Shown: positions 1-11,162 of the stretch, piece after piece
Numbering within the stretch: the first letter of the stretch is position 1
How the letters are laid out: each line of letters opens with the position of its first letter
Notes under the pieces: model-generated
What the model was told of the DNA's origin: nothing
Databases searched by the model: none
What the model saw: only the letters and a program-made list of their open reading frames with translations
Translations under genes and position numbers: made by a program
Assembly: GCA_963788655.1 (NCBI GenBank)
Contig: CAWBHS010000093.1
Coordinates: 1-46,337, forward strand
Direction: 5' to 3'
Origin: an uncultured Verrucomicrobiae bacterium
GTDB lineage: Bacteria > Verrucomicrobiota > Verrucomicrobiia > Limisphaerales > JAFGQR01
DNA length: 46,337 bases

Positions 1-17
1 CTTTCGACGGCCCGCTT

Positions 18-671
18 GTGGACTGGGAAATAACCAGTTTTTACGATGGTCTCTCGGCGATGCTCGAAGTGTGGGAGGCAGAGCAGGAATTTAGAATGGG
101 TGGGGAGCAATCGGCGGAGAGTTCCGGGTATCAGTTCGAAAGCGATACTTGTATTACCAACGTGCCAGTATTCATTACGAACGTGATTTGCACGTTCAAT
201 ATCAATGACGGATGGACGGTAACGTTCGACATCCAAGGTGGCACGAATGGATTGTCTTACGATGTATTCACGACCAGTAATCTCGCTGGAAACAGCATCA
301 CCAATTCGCAGTGGACGTGGCTGGATCGAGGCCCAACCTGCAGCACCTATCAGTACACCAATCAAGCGAGCAGTTACGCGTTTTTCGCTTTGGGTACACC
401 GCTGGACAGCGACAGCGACGGATTGACCGACGCCTTCGAGCGGCTGGTGAGCAAGAGCGATCCCGCCAATGTGGATACTGACGGCGACGGGATTCCGGAC
501 GCCTGGGAGTTGGCCCTTGGGCTAAATCCCAATCAGAACGAGAGTGCCCAGTCCGGCTCACGAGCCAACTACACTTACGACGCTGCAGGCCGGCTGGATT
601 TGGTTTCCGGAACGCGCGGGGAGGATGTATCCGTTGATCCCGAGAGCAATGTCTTAAACGTATCGCAATAA
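18..671 (+). CDS. Secreted/surface protein fragment (probably 5'-truncated by window edge) with DxDxDG Ca-binding repeats and a terminal YD repeat
   Basis: DSDSDGLTD and DTDGDGIPDAWE motifs; ends YTYDAAGRL; lies 16 bp upstream of the rhs gene. Confidence 0.6.
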   Translation: MDWEITSFYDGLSAMLEVWEAEQEFRMGGEQSAESSGYQFESDTCITNVPVFITNVICTFNINDGWTVTFDIQGGTNGLSYDVFTTSNLAGNSITNSQWTWLDRGPTCSTYQYTNQASSYAFFALGTPLDSDSDGLTDAFERLVSKSDPANVDTDGDGIPDAWELALGLNPNQNESAQSGSRANYTYDAAGRLDLVSGTRGEDVSVDPESNVLNVSQ

Positions 672-687
672 TCTGAAGGAGGACACC

Positions 688-3600
688 ATGAACATCACAA
701 AACTTTTCGTTGGGGTTGCGCTTTTGATGACCGCGATGTGCGGCGCGCAAGAGCTGACCGAACCTGGGTGGATCAACACCTTGAAGTGGATCGAGGCCCA
801 GCCCGCAAGCGAAGGCAAGGCCACTTCGATTTCCGCCGAAGGCGCCGGCGGAGTGAGCATGATGGAGGGGGAAGGCGATTCGGCCATTGCCGAAGCGAGT
901 ACCCCGGAGATCGAAGCCTTGGCGCGGGGATTGGTCGCCGGACAAGGCGGACCGGACAATCCAACCGGCGCCAAGCGCATCTTCGATTTCGTGCATGATC
1001 ACATCCGGCATGTGTTCTATTTCGGCTCGAAGAAAGGCGCCCAACTGACGCTCCTGGAGCGGAGCGGCAATGACTTCGACCAGTGCGCGCTGCTCATGGC
1101 CTTGCTGCGGGCCGCCGGCTACCCTGACGCCAACTACCAGTTCGGCCTGCTTCAAATGCCGTATGACCGGGCCGACCACCAGGACCTCCGCCACTGGCTG
1201 CAACTGAGTGTGGTCAACACGAACTGGCCCGCTACGCGCAATTATTTTGGCTATCTCCTGGCCTCACGTGGCTATCCCAATGGCGCGTTCTATTATTTCG
1301 ATGCGACCAATACTCTCGGGTTCCACCGCGTATGGGTGAAACTACCCATTGGCGGGACGAATTACTTGCTCGATCCCGCTTTCAAAGTGAGTGAGCCGAT
1401 TGCGGGCGCCAATCTTCCTTCGGCGATGGGTTTGGACACCAACGCCCTGGTGAGTGTGGCCGGTGGCACCCACACCGCCGACTACGTCCAGAACCTCAAC
1501 GAGCCGGCCTTACGCAACACTCTGGGCAATTACACCAGCAACCTGCTGGTTTCGCTGCAAAACAACCTGCCGAACGCTCGCGTGGTGGAGGTCCTGGGTG
1601 GTTGGGAAATCCAGCCCAGCACGAACCCCGCGTTAAGCCAATCCCTGCTCTTCCCCGGCTACACCGGCAGTGGGTTTGCCTTGATTGAATGGGACCACCA
1701 GCCGACCAACCTGATGGCCCAGTTCACGGTTTCCTTGGCGGGCACCAATCACCACTGGTGGATGCCGGAATTGCAGGGTCAGAGGCTGGCGCTGACGTTT
1801 GATTCCAACGCGCTGGCCGAGCTGTCGCTGGAAGACCAAATGGTGGTGACGAACCAGACCACCGGCAGCAACACGTTGGAGGTCGTGCTCAGTGTGGATC
1901 ACCCGCACGGAACGTGGAGCACGGCAAACAACACGCTGGTGCATACCAATTGGCATGATCACACGCTGACCAATTCCTACGCACGCACCAATGCGAGCTA
2001 CGCGCTGGTCTATGCCTTTGAGCCCAGCCGGGAGGTGCTGCGATACCGGCAGGGCCGGCTCGACGCTTACAAGTCCGCGGGGTTTGATGACGCCTCGCGT
2101 GACGTAGTGACCGAAACTTTGAACGTCATGGGTTTGAGCTATCTGCTTCAGTTCGATCAAGCCGAATTGATGATCGAGCAGCAGCGAGATTTACTGCACC
2201 AAACCCACCACCGGTTTGGTCGCATGGGCCAGGAGAACGGCAAGGGATACTACGGGGACGTTTACATGTATCTCAGCGGGTCGCTGCCGGCCAGCGGGGC
2301 GGGGACCGCCGACTGGACGCGCTGGCAGCAAGGTTATGAGGTGAGCGCCTATTTTGGCAGCGCGCTGGAGCATGGCGTCATCGAGCAATTGCAGTCAAGC
2401 AACCTGCTGGCCGCTTCCACCATGAAAGTGCTCCAACTGGGCAACACCAACTCCCTGAAGACCTTCCTGGCAAGCAGCGCCAACTGGAGCAGTATCCATG
2501 ACCAATTGACGAACTATTATCTGCCCAGCTTGAATAATCTTATCAATGATCATTTCCTCCTCCTGTTGCCGCAAGACGGTTTGATCCGGCTCTCAGACGC
2601 GGGCAGTTGGACCGGTTACGGTATCCTGGGCCGACGCGACTTTCAGGGCGAATACAGCATGAGCATGCTGATTGGGGGCGCCTACTCTGGCGGCTATAGC
2701 GCGTATCCGAATGTCACGGTGAATCCTGATTACGTTCAACAAACCGCGGCCAGCCAGCCCACCTACTTCGATCCCAATGGGGCTTTCAATTCCACTTCCT
2801 CCAGCGCCGAACCCGTCCGGCTCAGCGACGGCGCGTTCGAAGTGGGGACCACCGACCTGGCGCTGGGCCAGGCCGAGCCGCGTGGCTTCAGCTTCCACCG
2901 CTATTACAACTCCGCCCGCCGTCAGCACAACCCGGCCGGCATGGCGGACGGTTGGACCCACAACTATGCGTTCCGGCTGGATGAACTCAGCGCGCCAGCC
3001 GCAGGCTTGGGGGATACCACTCCGGCGCAAATGGCGCCCATGCTCGTGGCCACACGCGCCGCCTTGGAACTCTACAGCACCAATGCCGATCCCAAGAACT
3101 GGCTCCTCACGGCGCTTATCGCCAAATGGGGCGTGGACCAACTTATTAACAACGCGGTGTCCATCACGCTGGGGCAGGATACGGTTCAGTTCATCCGGCA
3201 GCCCGATGGAGTGTTCACCCCGCCGGCCAACTGCACGATGACCCTGGGCCAAGCCGGGGCGAATTACAGCCTGTTCCAACGCCATGGCAACACCCTCCAG
3301 TTCGACGCCAACCAACGGCTCACCAACATCGTTGACCAATACGGCAAGGGCCTGGCGCTGACTTACAACGCCAGCAACTGGGTGGCGACGGCCACCGATT
3401 GGAAGAACCGCACCTTGACGTTGAATTACTCCGGCACGCCGTTGCGCTTGACCTCCATCTCCGATGGGACCCGGACGGTTTCCTACGGTTACAGCACCAC
3501 CTACAATTCCAGCGGCGACTTGACTTCGATAACCGACCCGGAAACCGAGACCAGCACGCTGGTCTATGACACCAACCACCAGATCATCGCCACTGGAGAT

Positions 3601-6600
3601 GCCTTGAGCCAGACGGTGGTCAGCAACCTTTACGACGGGTTTGGCCGGGTGATCGAGCAATATACCCAAGGCGATCCCAACAAAACGTGGCGCTTCTATT
3701 GGTCCGGCTTCGCGAATACCGAGGAAGATCCGACGGGCGCTCAGCGGAGGTTCTTCTATGATCGACAAGGGCCGGGAGATCGGCCAGGAAGACGCGCTGG
3801 GAAACGTTCGTTGGACTCACTACGACGGCCAGGATCACGTCGTTGCGACGGTTTCGCCGTTGAATGAAGAAACCGTCCTCGAATACGATGACCAGCACAA
3901 CCTCGTCAGTTCGACTGATCCGCTGCACCACACCACCACCTACAATTACGACTCCCAGGATCACTTGACGAGTATCGTGGATGCCAACGAGCACTCCACG
4001 CATTTCGCCTACAACGGCAGACATCAATTGACGGCCATCACCAACGCCCTGGGCGATTGGATCACCAATATCTACAACGCGAGCAACGGCACGCTCGAAG
4101 CTCGTCGCGATCCGGTCGGCGAAACCAGCTTTAACTATGACGGCAACGGTTACCTTTACCTCATCACCTATCCCAACAACCTTGGCAGCGAAGGATTCCT
4201 GAACAACGCGTATGGCGACGTGCTGAGCCACACCAACGGGCGCGGTTTCGTCACCAGTTACACCTACAACGATCGCCGTCAACTCACGGCCACCGTGGCG
4301 CCGACCAACCTCACCGTGTCGGTCACCTACGACCCCGTGGGCAACGTGCGGACCAGCACTGATGCACGCGAGTTCACCGCGACCAGTTACTGGAGTCCCA
4401 CGCGCAAGCCGCTGGGAACCGTGCTGCCGGCTACGCTCCAAGGCACGCCCGCCACCACCAACTTTTATGACCTGCGCGACTGGCTGGCACTTTCCAGAAA
4501 CCCGCTGCAATCAGCCATCAGCTACACCAACGATGCGGCTGGTCGGCTCATCGCCTTTACCGATCCAATCGAACGCACAACGCAGTTCGGCTATGATGCC
4601 GTCGGGCGGCAAACCGCCGCAACCAATGCTGCCTTGGAGCAGACGTACCAACAGTGGAGTCCCCGGAGTGAACTTACGCTGTTTACAGACGGGGCAGAGC
4701 ACACAGTCGGGCGAGGCTATGACGCAGCGGGCAATCAGGTTCTGCTGACCAATCGCAATGGCAAAGTCTGGCAGTTACAATTCGACGCCGCCAACCGGCT
4801 GACCCACACGACCAGCCCTTCGAACCGGACGACGATTCAGACGTGGAACAATCGGGGATTACTGCAATCGGTTATCGAGCCAAGCACGCAAACGGCCAAC
4901 TTGTACTATGACGCTCGCGGCCGGCTGACCAATCGCACGGACAGCGTGGGCACAACGTTTTACCGTTACGACGCCAACAATAACGTTACTGCCATCACCG
5001 AGGCGGGCATGACGAACAGTTGGGGCTTCGACGCCTATGACCGCGTGACCGGCTACACCAACGCGGACGGCTACGTGATCGGCTATCGGCACGATGCCAA
5101 TGGCAACCTGACGAGTTTGATCTATCCTGGCAACCGCACCGTCCACTATGCTTACGACAGCCTGAACCGCCTGACCAACGTCACCGATTGGGCGGACCGG
5201 CAAACATCCTTCGAATACGATCTGGCCAGTCGCCTGAAGAAAATCACCCGGCCTAACGGCACGATTCGCGAGATCAATTACGACGACGCCGGGCAAACGA
5301 CGAACATTGTCGAGAAGACCGGGCGCGGGCCTGCCCCTGGCGTACTTCAAGTTGAATTGGAACGACGCGGCCCGGGTGGAATGGGAATTCGCCGCGCCCT
5401 TGCCGCATGCCTACACGCCGCCGACGCGGACGATGACGTATGACGACGACAACCGCATCGCCACGTTCAACGGCAACAATGTGACGTATGACGCTGGATG
5501 GCAACCTGACCTCCGGGCCGGGTACAAACAACACGTTCATCAGCTACACCTACGACGCCCGCAATCGGTTGGTAGGGACGCTTTCCACAGCGTCCGTGAC
5601 TTACCGTTACGATCCGGCAGGGCACCGCACCGCGATCACCAATGGCGCCAGCGTCACCACATTCGTCATCAACCCGAACGCCGCGCTTTCCCAAGTGCTG
5701 ATGCGCATCAAGCCCGGCGTGACGAATTACTACATTTACGGATTGGGCTTGCTGTACGAAATCACCGAAACCGCCTCCAGCACCACGACACTGACGTATC
5801 ACTACGACTACCGCGGCTCGACCATTGCCTTGACCGACGGGACCGGCAACGTTACCGACCGCGCCGAGTATTCAGCCTACGGCAGCCTGACGTACCGGAG
5901 CGGCACTAGCGACACGCCCTTCTGGTTTAACGGGCGTTACGGCGTGCAGACCGATGCCAACGGCCTGCTCTGCATGCGGGCGCGGTATTACAATCCGTAC
6001 CTGTGCCGGTTCCTGAATCCGGACCCATTGGGCTTTGGCGGCGGGTTGAACTGGTACGCCTATGCGGATGGCAATCCCGTGAGTTGCTTGATCCCTTTGG
6101 ATTGGGAACGCAGGAAGCGAATCGGCTTGGTCGAGGGTGGATGTGTACCAATCGGTTGCCTCTTGGGTCGTGCCGGGACAAGTGGCATGGAACAACGCGT
6201 TAGGGTCGGTGCAGCAAGGCAACTATGGGATGGCCGCGGCATATACTGCGCAAATGGTCGGCGAACAATTGTTGTTTGTGGCAACGTTTGGTCAATCCGG
6301 CGCCGCGACGCCAGCGATGCGGACGACACAAATTGTCTCGAGCCGGCTTGAGAATGCCGCCGCAAAGACAGAAGCGACCGTTCTTGGACACTACCCAGCC
6401 TACACGGAAATGGCTGAACAACTCGGCGCACGGCGTTTCAACGTTCCGACCGAGTTTTGGAACAAGATGACGCCGGCTGAACAGTGGACGGCCAACCAAA
6501 AGTTTTTGGACCGAATGATTAGTCGTGGCGACAACGTCATTCTGGCTACGCCGTTGGACAAGGTCAGGCCCGGAAGTTTCTTCGACCGCGAGTTGCAGTA

Positions 6601-6667
6601 TCTGCAAAGCAAGGGCTTCAAACCGAGTGCCGACGGCACAAGGATGATACCGGGAGGAGGGAACTGA
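688..6667 (+). CDS. rhs: Rhs/YD-repeat polymorphic toxin: signal peptide, transglutaminase-like domain, DUF6531-like region, YD repeats, Rhs core, toxin CT1. Split by 4 frameshifts (~3765, ~5325, ~5492, ~6088)
   Basis: RBS GAAGGAGG before ATG 688; ORFs 688-3867, 3758-5443, 5307-, 5488-6351 and 6137-6667 join; GNDFDQCALLMALLRAAG, GWTHNY, many YD repeats, RARYYNP...DPLGFGGGLNWYAYADGNP(V)..DPFGL. Confidence 0.9.
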
Positions 6668-6669
6668 CC

Positions 6670-7089
6670 ATGAGCACGAGTATTCCTCTCAAACAAGAAG
6701 TGACCGAGCAACTGCCGTGGCTTTTTGAAGAGCTTGGCTTTCGCGTTGTCGAAGACCACTTCGACCCAAAGAGCTTCGGCAACTCGTTCGTAACGCTCGG
6801 ATCTCCGGGCTTGCAAGTCCGCTTCGTTCGCGACCGCGGACAAATCTCTGCCGAAGTTGCGTCACGCTCCGAGCCTGGAAAGTGGTGGAATCTGGAGCAC
6901 GTTTGCGAACTCATCGCGGGCCGAAGTATTGAACCCGGATTCGAGTTGTCATCGGTCGCTGCACTCCTGCGAAACAACATGCCTGCGCTCATGGAATCAC
7001 TTGGGCCGAAGTTCCCGGAGACGAAACGCGAGCTTGAGCGGAGAGCAGAGGAAAGGAAGCAGGCGTTTTTAAGGCGCTTCTCTCACTGA
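6670..7089 (+). CDS. Putative immunity protein for Rhs CT1
   Basis: 139 aa ORF starting 2 bp after the toxin stop, RBS GGAGG; standard toxin-immunity position. Confidence 0.7.
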   Translation: MSTSIPLKQEVTEQLPWLFEELGFRVVEDHFDPKSFGNSFVTLGSPGLQVRFVRDRGQISAEVASRSEPGKWWNLEHVCELIAGRSIEPGFELSSVAALLRNNMPALMESLGPKFPETKRELERRAEERKQAFLRRFSH

Positions 7090-7090
7090 A

Positions 7091-7726
7091 ATGAACGCAA
7101 CACTGAAAGTGCTCACGTTAATCTGGCTGGCGCTGGGCGGCGTCTTGGCCTCAGCCGCTCCAAGTGGCGTGTCGGCGACTTTCATTCAGCCCATTACAGA
7201 AGTTGCCACCTTCGACTACGACGCTCTGAATCAAACAAGGATCGTTTACGACGAGGTGTCATTGACCGAATCAATCGGCTACGACGGAGCGTTGATGCCT
7301 TCTACGGCTGCGCCAAGTGTTTGCCGGGAACTTATTGCCACTTTTGCGCCAACCAGCCGACTTCTAGCCGCAAAGAACGTAGTATACCGCGAACTTAGTG
7401 CGGCAGATCGCGCTGCGCTCGAAGCCGGACAGCCACTTGTTCCGAAAGGGACTGGAGGTACAATTCTGGACCACGTTCGAGGAGAAGCAACCGGCCATAT
7501 TTCAGCATCTCGAACCGTTGGGGGGACGGCTCGATTTAATGGCGGGAATGGCCTTGTTGAGATTGATGTAAATGCCGCAACCTCAGGAGGAACACGATTC
7601 ATTCCGCATTCGGAGGTCCTGGAAGGCGTTGGTGCGAGACCTAAACAGATTCAGAAGGTTCTGGAATCCGGTGAAGTCATGTTTGAAGGCCCGATTCCGC
7701 CTAATGCGGTAAGACCAGCCCGATGA
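7091..7726 (+). CDS. Signal-peptide-bearing orphan toxin, putative R-S-E ADP-ribosyltransferase
   Basis: Hydrophobic N-terminus (MNATLKVLTLIWLALGGVLASA); C-domain VYRE...HV...HISAS...ESGEVMFEGPIP matches the R / S-x-S / E layout of ARTs. Confidence 0.65.
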   Translation: MNATLKVLTLIWLALGGVLASAAPSGVSATFIQPITEVATFDYDALNQTRIVYDEVSLTESIGYDGALMPSTAAPSVCRELIATFAPTSRLLAAKNVVYRELSAADRAALEAGQPLVPKGTGGTILDHVRGEATGHISASRTVGGTARFNGGNGLVEIDVNAATSGGTRFIPHSEVLEGVGARPKQIQKVLESGEVMFEGPIPPNAVRPAR

Positions 7727-7734
7727 GGTGAATT

Positions 7735-7992
7735 ATGACGCAATTGAGTAGCTATCCAAATGTATTTAACACGTGCCTTGTGATATTACGGCGAGACGGC
7801 TTTGACTTGGCTTATGACAAGACCACGGATGCCTGGTCAGCGGAGAAAGAAGGATTCTCTTTCCGGGCAGACAATCCAATAGAGCTTCTCGGCCTCGCGG
7901 CCATTTACCAAAAACTACAACCTAAGGAGCAAAGAGAATACTGGTGGAAAATTGATAAACCCAATGTTCTCGCCGAACTCGACCCGAAATGA
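7735..7992 (+). CDS. Putative immunity protein for the 7091-7726 toxin
   Basis: 85 aa, RBS GAGGTG, directly downstream of the toxin. Confidence 0.65.
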   Translation: MTQLSSYPNVFNTCLVILRRDGFDLAYDKTTDAWSAEKEGFSFRADNPIELLGLAAIYQKLQPKEQREYWWKIDKPNVLAELDPK

Positions 7993-7997
7993 ACTTC

Positions 7998-8330
7998 ACA
8001 CGCCAACCATAGAAAGGCCCATGCCAAAAGAAGTAAACGCTGGATCAGCTTCTCAGCTACGAACCCTGCTCAGGCGCAAGAAAGCTCGCCTAGGTCAGAC
8101 TGAACATCCCAATGCCCAGCCGGCCTCGTGGCACTGTCCTGGTTCACCCCATGAGATGTCTTGGTCCCACGGTGAAGCTGTCGGTCAGGTCCTTCATAGT
8201 GGCCGGCCCGGAGACCACCAAAGCCCTGCTATCTCACGGGGTAAACCCAAGGACGTGGTTTTGCGAGTCTGTTTCACCTCAGCACGCCCGGTTCGCTTTC
8301 AGTCAGGGATGCGACCGTTCCAGCTATGTT
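7998..8330. repeat. Inter-cassette repeat: ~96 bp unit A plus ~87 bp block B
   Basis: Unit A 7998-8092 (ACACGCCAACCATAG...AGCTTCTCaGCTACGAAC...AAAGCTCGCCTA); block B 8244-8330; both recur at 13534-13882. Confidence 0.8.
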
Positions 8331-8348
8331 GGCGCTTTGGATAAGCCC

Positions 8349-10451
8349 ATGAAGCGCCGGCTTCAATTCGCTTTGTTCCTGCTGCTGGCGGTGTCGGCCT
8401 TTGGCCATACGTCGGAGCGGACGTTGTTTCTTTATCTTGACGCCGCCAATCGGCTGACGAATATCACCACGCCACTGAGCCGGGTCACCTCCCAAGGCTG
8501 GAACAATCGCGGCCTGTTGCAGACCGTCATCGAACCCAGCACGAACACCGCCAATTTCTATTACGACGCCCGTGGCCGCCCGACCAACCGCACCGATGGG
8601 GTGGGCACAACATACTACCGCTACGACGCGAACAATAACCTCAGCACGGTCAGCGAGGGAACGCGGACCAACACCTGGGGCTTTGACGCCTACGACCGTG
8701 TGACGGCCTTTACCAACGCCGACGGTTCCGTGATCCGCTACGGTTACGACGCCAATGGCAACGTGACCGGCCTGACCTATCCTGGCAACCGCACCGTCCA
8801 CTATGCTTACGACAGCCTCAACCGGCTTACGAACGTGACGGATTGGGCGGATCGGCAAACGTCCTTCGAGTATGACCTGGCCAGCCGCCTGAAGAAAATC
8901 ATCCGGCCCAACGGCACGGTTCGCGAAATCAACTACGACGACGCCGGGCAGACGACGAGCATTGTCGAGAAGACGGGCGGGGGCCTGCCCCTCGCGTACT
9001 TCAAGTTGAATTGGAATGACGCGGCCCGGGTGGAATGGGAATTCGCCGCGCCCTTGCCGCATGCCTATACCCCGCCAACGCGGACGATGACCTACGACGA
9101 CGACAACCGTATCGCCACGTTCAACGGCAACAATGTGACGTATGACCTGGATGGCAACCTGACCTCTGGGCCTGGGACAAACAACACGTTCATCAGCTAT
9201 ACCTACGACGCCCGCAATCGGTTGGTAGGGACGCTTTCCACAGCGTCCGTGACTTACGGATACGATCCAGCGGGCAATCGCGTCGGGTTGACCAATGGCG
9301 CCAACGTCACGCGCTTCGTCATCAATCCGAACGCCGCCCTTTCCCAGGTGCTGATGCGCATCAACACCGGCGTGACGAATTACTACATTTACGGACTGGG
9401 CCTGCTGTACGAAGTCACCGAAACCGCCTCCAGCACTACGACGCTGACGTATCACTACGACTACCGCGGCTCCACCATTGCCTTGACTGACGGCACCGGC
9501 AACGTGACCGACCGCATCGAATACAGCGCCTACGGCACGACCACGTATCGCATGGGCACCGCCGACACGCCCTTCCTGTTCAACGGGCGTTACGGCGTCA
9601 CGACGGATCCCAACGGCCTGCTTTACCTGCGGGCGAGATACTACAACCCGTATCTGTGCTGTTTCCTGAACCCCGACCCGATTGGCTTCTCCGGTGGATT
9701 AAACTTTTACGCCTACGCCGACGGGAATCCGATCAGCCTCATTGACCCGTTCGGGTTGTATGGAAATCCAGTTTCCGGATCTGATGGCCCGGTTGGACCG
9801 TCCAGTCCTTACGCGCCAGGGGGAGCGTTCTACGTTCCGACGCCGCTGCCGCCACCTGGACCGGTAGCCTATTTCGTTGGCGGCGCAGTTGTCGGTGCAG
9901 GCGTCGCTGCTGCGGTTGTTTTTGCTGCGCCAGTTGCGGTGTCGGGTTTGGTTGCAGTGGGAGTGCCGGCAACCACGGCGAGTGCAGCCGTTACGACAGG
10001 AGTCGGCGTTGCAGCAGTTGGTGGCGCTGTGGCGACGGGTGTGAACACTTACAATGCTGTGCAGGCAAACGACTGGAATGCAGTCGCCTTCAATGCCGGC
10101 GGCGTTGTCGGAGGCTTGGCAGTTGGAGTAGGCGGTGGCGGACGAGCAATGGCCGAAGGCATCATGGGGAGGCCGAGTCCCGCTCCCAACACATGGAATC
10201 CGATCACGGTTGCGCAATACGAATGGTCAGCCCGGCTTCGACTGGATTATCCCGATGGCAGCATCCCAGCGTGGATGGCGAGCGCACCAACTCCAGCCAG
10301 CGGAGGTGCATCTGCCGCGTTCACAGCGGGCGGTGTAGGCTCATTCCTCCCGACATTTGGAACGCCGAACAGCCAGCAATCGCAAGGCAGTTGGATTACT
10401 CCATCCTTTAGCTTTGGCTCATCCGGCCAGTCATCATCCACTGGGAAATAG
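8349..10451 (+). CDS. Orphan Rhs cassette 2: signal peptide, C-terminal Rhs core, hydrophobic Gly/Ala/Val-rich CT (possibly membrane-acting)
   Basis: MKRRLQFALFLLLAVSAFG then DAANRLT...DPFGL highly similar to main rhs 4781-6104; CT has long hydrophobic stretches. Confidence 0.85.
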   Translation: MKRRLQFALFLLLAVSAFGHTSERTLFLYLDAANRLTNITTPLSRVTSQGWNNRGLLQTVIEPSTNTANFYYDARGRPTNRTDGVGTTYYRYDANNNLSTVSEGTRTNTWGFDAYDRVTAFTNADGSVIRYGYDANGNVTGLTYPGNRTVHYAYDSLNRLTNVTDWADRQTSFEYDLASRLKKIIRPNGTVREINYDDAGQTTSIVEKTGGGLPLAYFKLNWNDAARVEWEFAAPLPHAYTPPTRTMTYDDDNRIATFNGNNVTYDLDGNLTSGPGTNNTFISYTYDARNRLVGTLSTASVTYGYDPAGNRVGLTNGANVTRFVINPNAALSQVLMRINTGVTNYYIYGLGLLYEVTETASSTTTLTYHYDYRGSTIALTDGTGNVTDRIEYSAYGTTTYRMGTADTPFLFNGRYGVTTDPNGLLYLRARYYNPYLCCFLNPDPIGFSGGLNFYAYADGNPISLIDPFGLYGNPVSGSDGPVGPSSPYAPGGAFYVPTPLPPPGPVAYFVGGAVVGAGVAAAVVFAAPVAVSGLVAVGVPATTASAAVTTGVGVAAVGGAVATGVNTYNAVQANDWNAVAFNAGGVVGGLAVGVGGGGRAMAEGIMGRPSPAPNTWNPITVAQYEWSARLRLDYPDGSIPAWMASAPTPASGGASAAFTAGGVGSFLPTFGTPNSQQSQGSWITPSFSFGSSGQSSSTGK

Positions 10452-10453
10452 GT

Positions 10454-10909
10454 ATGGAAAAGACCGAAGCCTTTCGCTTGATTACCCACCAGCTTCGCCG
10501 TGGTGTGATTCTGTTCAAACTTTTACAGTTTGCTTCAATGATAGGCGGTGGAGTGGCGTTGATTTTTCCCGTTGGACGACCTTGGGCACTTGCCGCTTTT
10601 GTGGGCGCTATCCTGTTCGGGGTCGCCTGGGTTCACATCCGGGCAATGTATCTTTCGGCTTGGAGGGCGTGCGAAAATCCGCAGATGGTTTACTGGGCAC
10701 ATCCGACAACCAGGGGCGGGCATGTTTTGGAACAGCCAACAGATGATTGCAGACGCCTCGTGCTGCACCTTCGGGATGGAACGCAGTTTGAGTTCGGCCT
10801 TCCCACGTCGGAGATGAGCAAGTTCATCGCTTGGTTGAACGAGCGAAACCCATCGGTGCGATGGGGGGCTTACGACAAAGTTGAAGCGAAACAAACTCAA
10901 GGGGCATGA
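10454..10909 (+). CDS. Putative membrane immunity protein (2 TM segments)
   Basis: Starts 2 bp after the toxin stop; hydrophobic segments FASMIGGGVALIF and WALAAFVGAILFGVAWV. Confidence 0.65.
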   Translation: MEKTEAFRLITHQLRRGVILFKLLQFASMIGGGVALIFPVGRPWALAAFVGAILFGVAWVHIRAMYLSAWRACENPQMVYWAHPTTRGGHVLEQPTDDCRRLVLHLRDGTQFEFGLPTSEMSKFIAWLNERNPSVRWGAYDKVEAKQTQGA

Positions 10910-11162
10910 CCCAACCCAACACCGCTTGTCCCGCAAAATCCCAACCCGCTCGCGCACTGAACGCCCTGACCGCTCGCAGCCCCGCGCCGTCAGGCCGGCT
11001 GCGAAAATCCAAGGCCAGCCGTTCTGCCGTCGCGGGCCTGCTCGCTCCAGGCAAAATGAGTCTGCCCGTGGCGTCGTCCGTCAACAGTATTGGCAAGTCG
11101 CTTGCCATCGGAATTAAGTTGGCATCACGGGACGTTGGTTGGACACTAGGCGGACTATTGGG

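Noticed and set aside
3755..6100. Programmed frameshifting or phase variation in the main rhs gene
   Set aside because: No slippery or homopolymer tracts at the breaks. The 5492 site (GACGCTGGAT) is a hybrid of the two paralogous copies, and similar indels hit the kinase and transposase, so assembly error is more likely.
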